Shown in pieces: positions 19,624 to 28,923 of a DNA stretch of 64,000 nucleotides. Location of the stretch: positions 453,447-517,446 of the forward strand of contig JACPBF010000001.1 in NCBI GenBank assembly GCA_016180425.1. The letters run 5' to 3'. Every line of letters starts with the position of its first letter. Within the stretch, counting starts at the first letter, position 1. Both the position numbers and the translations under genes were made by a program. Source of the stretch: Elusimicrobiota bacterium. Lineage in GTDB: Bacteria; Elusimicrobiota; Elusimicrobia; 2-02-FULL-39-32. A model generated the notes under the pieces. That model was not told the origin of the DNA. It saw only the letters and a list, made by a program, of their open reading frames with translations, and did not search any database.

Positions 19624-19908
19624 TTGTTTAATAATCTAAAAGAGATGTATGAACTGCAAAAAAAAGCAAAAGAAATCCAAAAGAAACTAGAAAATATTTC
19701 CATAGAACAGAGTGAAAGCGGGATCAGCATAAAAGTCAATGGTCTCTTTAAAGTGGATTCTTTAAACATTGATTCCAGCTATTGCGCGCTTGAAAAAAAA
19801 GAAAAATTAGAATCTCTCTTAAAAAAACTTTTTACAGAAGCGGTGCAAGAGGTGCAAAAAAAATCAGCCATGGAATCTAAAGACTTACTAAAAGGTTTTA
19901 GCTTGTAG
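19624..19908 (+). CDS. ybaB: YbaB/EbfC nucleoid-associated protein
   Basis: TTG start with AGGAGG 8 nt upstream. MFNNLKEMYELQKKAKEIQKKLENI...VNGLFKVDSLNID matches the YbaB pattern. Confidence 0.8.
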   Translation: MFNNLKEMYELQKKAKEIQKKLENISIEQSESGISIKVNGLFKVDSLNIDSSYCALEKKEKLESLLKKLFTEAVQEVQKKSAMESKDLLKGFSL

Positions 19909-19932
19909 AGGAACAAAAGGAAAAGAAAGGAA

Positions 19933-21300
19933 GTGAAAAAAGGGAGGATTAGACAGAGCTTAAAAATTTCTTTTATAGAAGGTCTTTTCGCTTCCGCCAT
20001 GCTAGGGCTTACAGAAAATTTCTGGGTAGCCTGTGGAGAAGCGCTAAAGGTAACTGCTTTAAAAGCAGGTTTAGTTAGCACCCTTCCCCATTTAATATCT
20101 TCTTTTTTACAAATCGCAGTTGGATCTCTCACTGAAAAATGTGGGGGCAGGCTCAAGACCCTTAAAAAAATTATTGCGCTGCAATGGCTTTTCCTTTTAC
20201 CTCTAACCCTCTTACCGATCATCTCGGCTGAAAATCGTTACCCATTATTGCTTGTTTGCGCTATCTTTTTTGCCATTGGCGGGAGCCTGCCAGGACCTGC
20301 CTGGCTTTCCTTAATGAGCGATCACCTTCCCCCAAAATCCACAGGAAAATATTTTGGCTGGAGAAATAGAATTTTTGGGTTGGTCTCCTTAGGGTGCGGT
20401 CTTTTTGCGGGACAGTTTTTACAAATTTTTAAAAAAAATATTTTATGGGGATTTGCGCTTCTATTTGGCTTAGCCTGTATTTTACGCTTTATCTCCTGGT
20501 CTTTAGTCATCCGCATGTTTGATCCTAAAAGAATAAAAAATTCATTGCCTCAGGCTCAAAATGGACAAGCTCTGCCAAAAAATTTTTTTAGTTTTCTAAA
20601 AATAGGAATGGAACACACTTGGGTTAGATTTGTCTTTTTTGTAGGCATGTTCATGTTTTCAGTTAATATTAGCGCTCCTTACTTAGCAGTCTATATGTTA
20701 AGGGATCTTCATTATTCCTACACAACGTTTAGTTATGTTACTTTTTCAGCGACATTAGCCGCTATCTTTGGGGTTAAAGTCTGGGGAGAACTTGCCGACC
20801 GTTTTGGACATCTGAATGTGATTCGGGCTACGACACTTTTTATCTCTATTATTCCTTTGCTTTGGTTTGCTTCCGGAGATCCTCTCTGGTTAGTGCTAGT
20901 GCAAATTTGCGCGGGATTTATCTGGTCTGGTTTCCAGCTTTGCACCATGACTTTTGCCTTTTCTGAAATTTCCTCTGAAGACAGAACCCATGCGTTAGGA
21001 TACCTTGCTGCTTTAAACGGCTTAGGGATTTTTCTAGGCTCTACTTTCGGCGGATTTTTAATAAATATTCTTCCTAAGATTGGTCCTTCCCCATTCCTCG
21101 GTCTATTTTTAATCTCAGCCTTTATGAGATTCTTAAGCTGCTTACTTTTCTTGAAAAAACTTAAAGAAAGCCGTTTGGTTCAGTCCACCACTATTTTAAA
21201 TCTTTACATGGATGCTTTGGGTCTCTATCCTCTTTTCCAATCTGGAAAAGAAACCCTGGAGATTGAATTTAAGAAAAAAGATGAGAAAAAAACTTTTTAG
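19933..21300 (+). CDS. MFS transporter
   Basis: 455 aa with ~12 predicted TM helices and the MFS-like loop GWRNRIFG. Confidence 0.8.
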   Translation: MKKGRIRQSLKISFIEGLFASAMLGLTENFWVACGEALKVTALKAGLVSTLPHLISSFLQIAVGSLTEKCGGRLKTLKKIIALQWLFLLPLTLLPIISAENRYPLLLVCAIFFAIGGSLPGPAWLSLMSDHLPPKSTGKYFGWRNRIFGLVSLGCGLFAGQFLQIFKKNILWGFALLFGLACILRFISWSLVIRMFDPKRIKNSLPQAQNGQALPKNFFSFLKIGMEHTWVRFVFFVGMFMFSVNISAPYLAVYMLRDLHYSYTTFSYVTFSATLAAIFGVKVWGELADRFGHLNVIRATTLFISIIPLLWFASGDPLWLVLVQICAGFIWSGFQLCTMTFAFSEISSEDRTHALGYLAALNGLGIFLGSTFGGFLINILPKIGPSPFLGLFLISAFMRFLSCLLFLKKLKESRLVQSTTILNLYMDALGLYPLFQSGKETLEIEFKKKDEKKTF

Positions 21301-22492
21301 TCTGCTGCTGCTCCAAATCTTCTCCTCATTTTTTATTTCTGCAAAAGAAAATAATAAACTGATTGAAAAAACCAAAAAAACCGTGGAAAAGGTCACTAAA
21401 AAAATCGCAGAGCCTATTACTGACCCTAAGGCTGCGTTTTCTTACTGGTTTGACTTTGATCCCAGAATCGAACGGGGAGAAAAAACGAATTTTAATATTC
21501 TTCCCTTAGTTGTAGTCTCGCCTGAAAGAGGTTTTGGTTTAGGGCTGCAATTTGCGCAAGAATCTCTTTTGCGCAAAAAAGATATTGTGCGAATTAGAAC
21601 AATCCAAACTTTAAAAAATAAATCTTCCTATCGCTTTATTTATCAGCTTCCGCCAAGTTTCATTAAACACCATCTATTCGATCGAGTGGGCGGTGAAATT
21701 GAAATGGGCTATGAAAATTATGGACGCTTTTATTATGGGATCGGCAACCACTCTATGCAGGAAGAGGAGAGCGAATATATTCCTGAATTTTTTGATTTAA
21801 AAATCCCCTTGCTCTATGGGCTTACCCCTAGAATATCAGCAGGGCTTTCTTTAAATTTTCAAAATTGGAAAGTGGTTGAGGTGAGCCAAAGCGGTGTATT
21901 AAAAAAAGAATTGCCCAGCCTGATTGGAAAAGACGGCAGCCGGCTTTACACCTCAACCTTTTTGCTGCGCTGGGACAGCCGCAATTCTAAAACAAACCCT
22001 TCTCAAGGAACTTTCGCGGAAGGCAAAGTGGAATACTCTAAAAAATTATTAAAAAGTGAGGCGGATTTTACACGCTCCACCCTGGAAATGAGGGGGTTTC
22101 ACCCCATCTTGCAAAAAGATGACCATATTTTTGGAGTGAGGCTCTTCCTGGACTATAAATCCGGAGATGTACCCTTTTATCTTTTACCAGAACTGGGGGG
22201 AATATTTTTTAATCGCGGTTTGATAGAAGGCAGGTTTAGAGACACGCTTTCAGTTTCTGGCAACTGGGAATACCGCTTAAAAATTTTCCAGCGCCTTGAC
22301 TGGGCATTCTTTGTGGATGCAGGCAATGTTTATTCTGAATTTAAAACCATCCAAATAAAACGAATTAAAATTACTGGCGGCACTGGCATGCGCTATTATG
22401 TTCCGCCAGGAAACCTCCTCTTAGCGCGCATTGATGGGGGCTATAGCTCTGAAGGCTTGCAAATCTACCTCACCTTTGACCATCCCTTTTAA
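21281..22492 (+). CDS. Outer-membrane beta-barrel protein (Omp85/surface-antigen-like, no POTRA)
   Basis: The ATG at 21281 begins the signal peptide MRKKLFSLLLLQIFSSFFISA. Alternating amphipathic beta-strands run through the protein. The C-terminus ends YLTFDHPF, an aromatic OMP signature. Confidence 0.6.
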   Translation: MRKKLFSLLLLQIFSSFFISAKENNKLIEKTKKTVEKVTKKIAEPITDPKAAFSYWFDFDPRIERGEKTNFNILPLVVVSPERGFGLGLQFAQESLLRKKDIVRIRTIQTLKNKSSYRFIYQLPPSFIKHHLFDRVGGEIEMGYENYGRFYYGIGNHSMQEEESEYIPEFFDLKIPLLYGLTPRISAGLSLNFQNWKVVEVSQSGVLKKELPSLIGKDGSRLYTSTFLLRWDSRNSKTNPSQGTFAEGKVEYSKKLLKSEADFTRSTLEMRGFHPILQKDDHIFGVRLFLDYKSGDVPFYLLPELGGIFFNRGLIEGRFRDTLSVSGNWEYRLKIFQRLDWAFFVDAGNVYSEFKTIQIKRIKITGGTGMRYYVPPGNLLLARIDGGYSSEGLQIYLTFDHPF

Positions 22493-22662
22493 AAAACTGT
22501 TAAAAAATCTTTGTCTCCCCATCTCTTAAAATTTACAATAAACTTTCCTGCTTATATTGACATAATTAGTCCATTGCCAAACAGGTGCCCACCTCATATA
22601 CTGTAATGAGGAGAACTGCTCATCTTGAGTTAAGGGTCTAATAAAACTATAATTCAAAAATA

Positions 22663-23523
22663 ATGACACTTTGGAACAATAATACCGAAATCCAATTTTT
22701 CACGGAAGCATTGAAAAATTTTTCCTCGCCCGAACAGCTTTTCTACAACCTTCAAGGCGGTTATTACGCGTATATCCCTAAAGGTTCAGATGCCGAAGGA
22801 CAAACATTACAAAGCCGCAATTCACTCATAGGACAGTTCACGGAAAAATGGAGCAAAACACTTTTTGAACCAATCGCCAGAGAATTATGACTTTTTGCAG
22901 TGAATGGCGTTGTATGCGAAGATCTCGGATTAACAAAACAATCAAGCGCTGATCTTGCTTTATGCACAACAAATAATATTAAGCAACAAGCAGAAAACAT
23001 CAAACTTCTTTTTGAAATTAAGATGAGTGTTATCTCAAACTACAAATTTACTCAACCTATTAGAATAGATTTTGTTGGTGATTATAAACAACACAAGGGT
23101 AATCCTTCTCTACTTCGTTCTGATTCAATGCTAAAAGCAATCGGCAAGTCAATCAATATAAGAGTTTCAGGGCTTTCATCAACAAAGATTCCAATCATCA
23201 TTTTAGGCAATAGCCCAATACAAGAGAGTTATCAAAAGAAAGTTGACTTCTTAAAAACATCTGGGGTTATTCAAGGTTTCTGGTCATTAAATCCACAACC
23301 AACAAAGAGCCAGTACATAAAAGAAACCGCCAAAAAAGGATTTCAAACAATCACAAAAGTTGAAACAATTTTGGAGCTGTCACGAGAATTAGTTACAAGC
23401 GATATGAATTATTTTTCATCCATGATGGCAAAAGCTAATTTAGGAAAAATTATTACGGATGCAAATAAAGAAAGTTCGGATATTGCAAAAGCAGAAAAAT
23501 TCTTGTCATTAATCCAAGGATAA
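22663..23523 (+). pseudogene. Putative type II restriction endonuclease interrupted by one in-frame TGA (22888-22890)
   Basis: The ORFs at 22663-22890 and 22900-23523 share one frame and are separated only by TGA. A candidate PD-(D/E)xK region (SADLAL...ENIKLLFEIK) lies just downstream of the stop. The gene sits directly upstream of, and in operon with, a DNA methyltransferase. Confidence 0.45.
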
Positions 23524-23524
23524 A

Positions 23525-24436
23525 ATGAAACGACTAAAAGGAACAGAGACGAGTGTTTTTGGAACAAACGGAAGAATCAATCATGACAGTTCAAAATTTT
23601 ACAATTCAAAAATGTATTCTACGCTTGAAGAAAAAGAAGTCATTGACAAAACTGAAAATAAACTACCCGATGAATTTATGAATAAATTTATTCTTGGCTC
23701 TGCTGAGAATATGAAAGAGCTGCCAAAGAACTCTATTCACTTAATGATTACTTCCCCTCCTTATAATGTTTTAAAAGAGTATGATAATGACCTCTCATTA
23801 AAAGAGTATCTACAATTGCTTAAAAATTCTTTCAAAGAAACTTATAGGGTACTGATTAATGGTGGACGTGCTTGTATTAATGTGGCTAATCTTGGTCGGA
23901 AACCATACCTACCTCTTTCCGACTATATTTCAAAAATGATGATGGACATTGGCTTTAATATGCGTGGGGAAATTATTTGGAACAAAGCAGCAAGCGCAAG
24001 CCCATCTACTGCATGGGGAAGTTGGTTAAGCGCTGCTAATCCAATTCTACGCGACATTCATGAATACATTTTAATTTTTTCCAAAGGTGACTACAACAGA
24101 ATTGGAAAAGACAAGCAGAGTTCGATTACAAAAGAACAGTTTATGGAGTGGACAAAGTCCATTTGGACAATGAACGCTGAAAGCGCAAGACGAATTGGAC
24201 ATCCTGCGCCATTTCCAGAACAATTGCCATATCGTTTAATCCAACTCTATTCATTCAAAGATGATATCATCCTTGACCCATTTATGGGCAGCGGGACTAC
24301 AGCGGTTTCAGCAATTAAATCTGAAAGAAACTTTGTAGGATATGAGATTAGTAAAGAATACATTACACTTGCAGAAAATAGATTGAAACCATACTTGATG
24401 CAAACGAAAATGACGTTTGTATCAGACACAGTTTAG
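23525..24436 (+). CDS. DNA methyltransferase, beta-class amino-MTase (SPPY motif IV before FxGxG motif I; likely N4-cytosine or N6-adenine)
   Basis: 303 aa. It has MITSPPYN (motif IV) followed C-terminally by ILDPFMGSGTT (motif I), plus HPAPFPEQLP. Confidence 0.9.
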   Translation: MKRLKGTETSVFGTNGRINHDSSKFYNSKMYSTLEEKEVIDKTENKLPDEFMNKFILGSAENMKELPKNSIHLMITSPPYNVLKEYDNDLSLKEYLQLLKNSFKETYRVLINGGRACINVANLGRKPYLPLSDYISKMMMDIGFNMRGEIIWNKAASASPSTAWGSWLSAANPILRDIHEYILIFSKGDYNRIGKDKQSSITKEQFMEWTKSIWTMNAESARRIGHPAPFPEQLPYRLIQLYSFKDDIILDPFMGSGTTAVSAIKSERNFVGYEISKEYITLAENRLKPYLMQTKMTFVSDTV

Positions 24437-24621
24437 AGGAGGTGTGAATTCTTTCATTCTATTTTACCCTGATTTTCTATAATTTAACTTGATAAAAGAC
24501 TTTATGTAAACTTTACAATCATAGCAATTGAGATAAGGCGCTGTCTCATTCGTCCCATCTAAAAAATTTAGGTTCATTGACCAGCCGATGACTGATTTAG
24601 TACCATAAATTATTAAGTCTT

Positions 24622-25761
24622 ATGAAATTTTTTGTGGAAACTTTTGGTTGTCAAATGAATATCCAAGACTCAAATGAAATGAGTCTTGAGCTTACTAAAA
24701 AAGGATGGACGCCTACCGAAAATAAAGAAGAAGCAGACCTGCTTCTTTTAAATACCTGCACTGTAAGGCAGCATGCTGAAGATAAAGCTCTTTCCTTTAT
24801 TGGCCGTTTAAAACCCTGGAAAAAGAAAAAACAGGATAGAAAAATTATTGTCACAGGCTGTGCCGCTGAACGCATTAAAAAAACCTTGCAAAAACGCTTT
24901 CCCCATGTAGATCTAGTGATTGGGGCTAAAAGCATTGAGCAGTTTCCAAAGATCCTTAATTCTTTCATAAAAAAAGCAGAAAAAAGTTCAACGGATTTCA
25001 ATTGGTTTGAAGAAAGTAAAACCCTTTTTGGAAAAGGGGATTTGCGTTCTAGCGGTAAACCGCTTGTGTTAGGACAAGAAGGAGATTGCGCTTTTGTCAC
25101 GATCATGCGCGGATGTAATTATTCCTGCTCCTACTGCATTGTGCCCTGGGTAAGAGGAAGAGAAATCTATTTGCCTAAAGAAAAAATCTTAGATGAGGTT
25201 CAGAATAAGGTGAATGGGGGAGCTAAAGAGGTCATGCTCCTTGGCCAAACTGTAAATTCTTACCTACAAAAAAGCGATCAAGGAAAAATTTATGATTTCT
25301 CAGACCTGCTGCTGGAAGTAGAAAAAATCAAAGGTTTGGAAACCATAAAATTTATGAGCCCTCACCCTCATTATATGAATGATAAACTCATCCAAACTTT
25401 AGGAAAATCTAAAAAATTTTCTAGCCAAATCCATTTACCGGTTCAATCTGGCTCCAACAAAATTTTAAAAAAAATGAAAAGAAACTATACCAGAGAAGAC
25501 TATCTCAGCATGGCTAAAAAGCTAAAAAAAGAGATGCCTCATCTGCAACTTTCCACGGATTTTATTGTTGGTTTTCCAGGGGAAACAGATCTGGATTTCA
25601 AAGAAACCCTTTCCTTGGCAAAAGAAATAAACTTTTCTCTTGCTTATTGTTTTAAATATTCCCCAAGAGCAGGCACTGAATCTTTTCAAATTGAAGATGA
25701 TATTTCTCTAACCGTAAAGGAAGAAAGGCTCTCGCAAATTCAAGCATGCTGCGCCGTTTAA
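24622..25761 (+). CDS. miaB: MiaB-like radical-SAM methylthiotransferase lacking the C-terminal TRAM domain
   Basis: 379 aa. The MTTase N-domain (FVETFGCQMN...LLNTCTV) and the radical SAM core (MRGCNYSCSYC) are present. The ORF ends right after the ERLSQIQA helix, where TRAM would begin. Confidence 0.8.
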   Translation: MKFFVETFGCQMNIQDSNEMSLELTKKGWTPTENKEEADLLLLNTCTVRQHAEDKALSFIGRLKPWKKKKQDRKIIVTGCAAERIKKTLQKRFPHVDLVIGAKSIEQFPKILNSFIKKAEKSSTDFNWFEESKTLFGKGDLRSSGKPLVLGQEGDCAFVTIMRGCNYSCSYCIVPWVRGREIYLPKEKILDEVQNKVNGGAKEVMLLGQTVNSYLQKSDQGKIYDFSDLLLEVEKIKGLETIKFMSPHPHYMNDKLIQTLGKSKKFSSQIHLPVQSGSNKILKKMKRNYTREDYLSMAKKLKKEMPHLQLSTDFIVGFPGETDLDFKETLSLAKEINFSLAYCFKYSPRAGTESFQIEDDISLTVKEERLSQIQACCAV

Positions 25762-26354
25762 AAATTCTATCTTTTTTCCTTTTAGCTGGATTTCTCATCC
25801 TTGGTTTTTTAGGGGATATCCCTGGAAGAATAAAACTGGTTGAATCTCTCCTCCATCCAGTTTTCCACAAAGAAATCATTAACCACTATGCAATCTACTA
25901 TCAGGAAGACCCTCTTTTTGTAACCGCTTTAATTAAAGCTGAATCTAATTTTTTTAAAAAAGCGAAATCTCAAAGAGGCGCTAGGGGACTCATGCAAATT
26001 ATGCCTAACACAGCCAGAGAAATCGCGGAGGAATTAAGAATTAAAGATTTTAAATTGGAACAATTAGAAAACCCTGAAACCAATATTCATTTTGGCTGTT
26101 ACCACCTTTCTAAATTAAGAAAAGAATTTGGCAGGGATTCAATCAATGTGCTTGCAGCTTATAATGCTGGCAGTAAAACCGCTAAAAAATGGCTTAGGAA
26201 TAATCGAACTAGAACTTTAGACCTTGAAGATATTGAATTTTATGAAACCAAAAAATTTACGCAGAATGTTCTAAAAACCTATCAGTGGCTGAAGAAATTC
26301 CAAAGATGGCGGTCAAAATGTTTCAAATGGTACAATAAAAAACATGAGTCCTAA
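25746..26354 (+). CDS. Lytic transglycosylase (SLT domain), membrane-anchored
   Basis: 202 aa with an N-terminal TM/signal region, then the SLT motif AESNF...GARGLMQIMP...AYNAG. Confidence 0.8.
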   Translation: MLRRLKILSFFLLAGFLILGFLGDIPGRIKLVESLLHPVFHKEIINHYAIYYQEDPLFVTALIKAESNFFKKAKSQRGARGLMQIMPNTAREIAEELRIKDFKLEQLENPETNIHFGCYHLSKLRKEFGRDSINVLAAYNAGSKTAKKWLRNNRTRTLDLEDIEFYETKKFTQNVLKTYQWLKKFQRWRSKCFKWYNKKHES

Positions 26355-28923
26355 TCAAACCCTTGCCTCCTCCTTAAAAGAAAATAATAAAGAAAATCCT
26401 ACTCCTTTGATGGCGCAATATGAAAAAATTAAAAAAAACCATCCTGAGGAGATCGTTCTTTTTCGTTTAGGCGACTTTTATGAAATGTTTGGGGAGGACG
26501 CAAAAAAAGCAGCTCCCATCCTAGAAGTTGTTTTAACCCAACGGCAAGGCAGTCCCATGTGCGGAATTCCCTACCATGCCCTAAATCGTTATCTTTCCAA
26601 ACTCCTTAAATCCGGTTTAAGGGTTGCGATTGCAGAACAACTAGAGGATCCCTCTCAAGTAAAAGGCATTGTAAAAAGAGATATTGTGCGGGTTATTTCC
26701 AGCGGCACCATCATCGAAGAAAACCTGCTGGAAGAAAAAACAAATAATTTTCTTCTAGCCCTGGCTTTATTGTCCAAAACTTCTAAAGTTGGACTGGCTG
26801 GTTTAGATATTTCTACAGGAGAATGGACGATAAAAGAGATTGAAACTGATGAGGATGACGCTAAAATTTTAAATGAAATCAGCTTGATAAACCCAGCTGA
26901 AATCTTAATCCATGCGGAAACCAAAGATCGTTTTCCAAAGATAGAAGGAATTCCTATTCAATTTTTTGATCCTCAAGAATTAAATTTAAATCAGCTGGAT
27001 TTAGATTTTAAAAGAAAATGTGAACCCTTAAAAATTTTTCCAGCGGTATTTTGCGCGGTTCAAATGGCGGTTGGCTATACGCAAAAAATGAATCCGGCTT
27101 TTTTAAAAAATCTGCAAACGCCTGCTTTAAGCCCAGACCAGGAAAAGATGGCTCTGGATAAAGAAACCATTGAAAATCTTGAAATCTTAAAAAATAGAGA
27201 GGATAACACAAGCAAAAAAACTCTTTTAGAATTTCTGGATCAGACTTTAACAGCCATGGGCGGGCGTCTCCTTAAAAATTGGCTTCTTGCCCCATTAATA
27301 AAATTAGAAAAAATCCAGTCTAGGTTAGAGGTTGTGGATTTTTTTAAGCAAGAATTTAATTTAAGAAAAAAGGCAAGAGAAACTCTTAAAGGATGCTCTG
27401 ATCTTGAAAGGTTAATGGTAAGAGTCAGCTCTAAATCTGTTAGTCCCAGAGATCTTTTGGGATTAAAACTTTCACTCCTAAAAATAGAAAAACTAAAAAA
27501 ATTACTGTTAGACCGCTTATCCGCAAATGAAGGAGAGATTGGGCTGCAAAATTTAGAAAATAGAGAAAAAGAAACTACTTATATTTCTTCCTTTAAAAAT
27601 GAACTCTCTTACCCTGAACTGCCAAAAGAGATTGAAACCATTCTTAAAGAGATGGAAGATGAATCTGATCTTATCTCTTTGCTGCAAAATGCTTTAGAGC
27701 ACGATCCTCCTATCCAGTTAGATCAAGGGGGAACGATCCGCAATGGTTACAATTCCCATTTGGATGAAAAACGAGCTGCTGCAAATGAAGGAAAAATTTG
27801 GCTGCAAAATTTAGAAAGTAAAGAAAAAGAAGCTACTCATATTTCCACATTAAAGGTAGGCTATACCTCAATCTTTGGATATTATCTGGAGGTGACTAAA
27901 TCTCATCTTAGCAAAGTGCCTCAACACTGGCACAGGAAACAGACTTTAATTAATACAGAAAGATTTATAAACGAGGAGCTAAAAAGTTTAGAAGAAAAAA
28001 TTTTAGGCGCTGAAGAACAGGCTTTAAGAATTGAAAAAAAACTTTTTCAGGAACTGATCATGGCTGTAGAAGTTCGCTATCGTCAAATTCAAAAAAGCGC
28101 TAAAAGCATTGCACAACTGGACTGCTTTCTTTCCTTAGCTGAGGTCGCGGATCTAAAAGCTCTGACTAAACCCCAAGTGGAAGAATCGGACGAACTCTTG
28201 ATTAAAGACGGCTGGCATCCAATTGTAAAAGAATCTCTTGCTACAGGCGCTTTTGTTCCAAACGATACTTTTTTAAACTCTAAAGACCATCAAATTATCA
28301 TTCTAACCGGGCCAAACATGGCTGGAAAATCCACTTATCTTAGACAAAATGCGCTCATTGCCTTAATGGCTCAAATCGGCTCTTTTGTGCCTGCAAAAGA
28401 GCTAAAACTTGGGGTTCTGGACCGTATCTTCACCCGCATTGGTTCTGGAGACAAGCTGGCTCAAGGGGAATCTACCTTTATGGTTGAAATGAGAGAGACC
28501 TCAAAAATTTTAAAAGAGTCTTCGGAAAAAAGTTTAATTATCTTAGATGAGGTGGGCAGGGGCACCTCTACTTATGACGGCATCTCCATTGCCTGGGCCA
28601 CCATAGAATATTTAAGTCAAAAAAAAGCTAAAGTCTTATTCGCAACTCACTATTTTGAATTAACTAAACTTGCTTCTGAAATGGATCAGATCAAAAACTA
28701 CAATGTAGAAGCTAAAGAGTGGAAAGATACAGTTCTATTTTTACATAAGATTGTTCCTGGACCGGCGGACCGATCTTACGGCATTCATGTAGCCCAGCTT
28801 GCGGGTCTGCCCAATGAAGTCATCTTACGAGCAAAAAAAATCTTAAATAAACTGGAACAAGAACGCATTTCTGTGTTATACTCTAATCAGAAGGAGTTAA
28901 ACCAACCAGAGCTTTTCAAATGA
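26344..28923 (+). CDS. mutS: DNA mismatch repair protein MutS
   Basis: 859 aa. It has the mismatch-binding N-domain (GDFYEMFGEDA), Walker A GPNMAGKST, and DEVGRGTSTYDG. An in-frame ~75-nt direct repeat sits inside the gene. Confidence 0.95.
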   Translation: MSPNQTLASSLKENNKENPTPLMAQYEKIKKNHPEEIVLFRLGDFYEMFGEDAKKAAPILEVVLTQRQGSPMCGIPYHALNRYLSKLLKSGLRVAIAEQLEDPSQVKGIVKRDIVRVISSGTIIEENLLEEKTNNFLLALALLSKTSKVGLAGLDISTGEWTIKEIETDEDDAKILNEISLINPAEILIHAETKDRFPKIEGIPIQFFDPQELNLNQLDLDFKRKCEPLKIFPAVFCAVQMAVGYTQKMNPAFLKNLQTPALSPDQEKMALDKETIENLEILKNREDNTSKKTLLEFLDQTLTAMGGRLLKNWLLAPLIKLEKIQSRLEVVDFFKQEFNLRKKARETLKGCSDLERLMVRVSSKSVSPRDLLGLKLSLLKIEKLKKLLLDRLSANEGEIGLQNLENREKETTYISSFKNELSYPELPKEIETILKEMEDESDLISLLQNALEHDPPIQLDQGGTIRNGYNSHLDEKRAAANEGKIWLQNLESKEKEATHISTLKVGYTSIFGYYLEVTKSHLSKVPQHWHRKQTLINTERFINEELKSLEEKILGAEEQALRIEKKLFQELIMAVEVRYRQIQKSAKSIAQLDCFLSLAEVADLKALTKPQVEESDELLIKDGWHPIVKESLATGAFVPNDTFLNSKDHQIIILTGPNMAGKSTYLRQNALIALMAQIGSFVPAKELKLGVLDRIFTRIGSGDKLAQGESTFMVEMRETSKILKESSEKSLIILDEVGRGTSTYDGISIAWATIEYLSQKKAKVLFATHYFELTKLASEMDQIKNYNVEAKEWKDTVLFLHKIVPGPADRSYGIHVAQLAGLPNEVILRAKKILNKLEQERISVLYSNQKELNQPELFK

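Noticed and set aside
22764-23003. 79-aa minus-strand ORF spanning the TGA junction of the REase gene
   Set aside because: It is antisense to the much longer, methylase-coupled plus-strand reading frame and has no recognisable features.
22663-23523. Idea that the in-frame TGA reflects an alternative genetic code (code 4/25)
   Set aside because: TGA functions as a genuine stop for many well-defined genes in this window (e.g. gatB, MNT), and conserved proteins end at their expected lengths. Standard code 11 applies.
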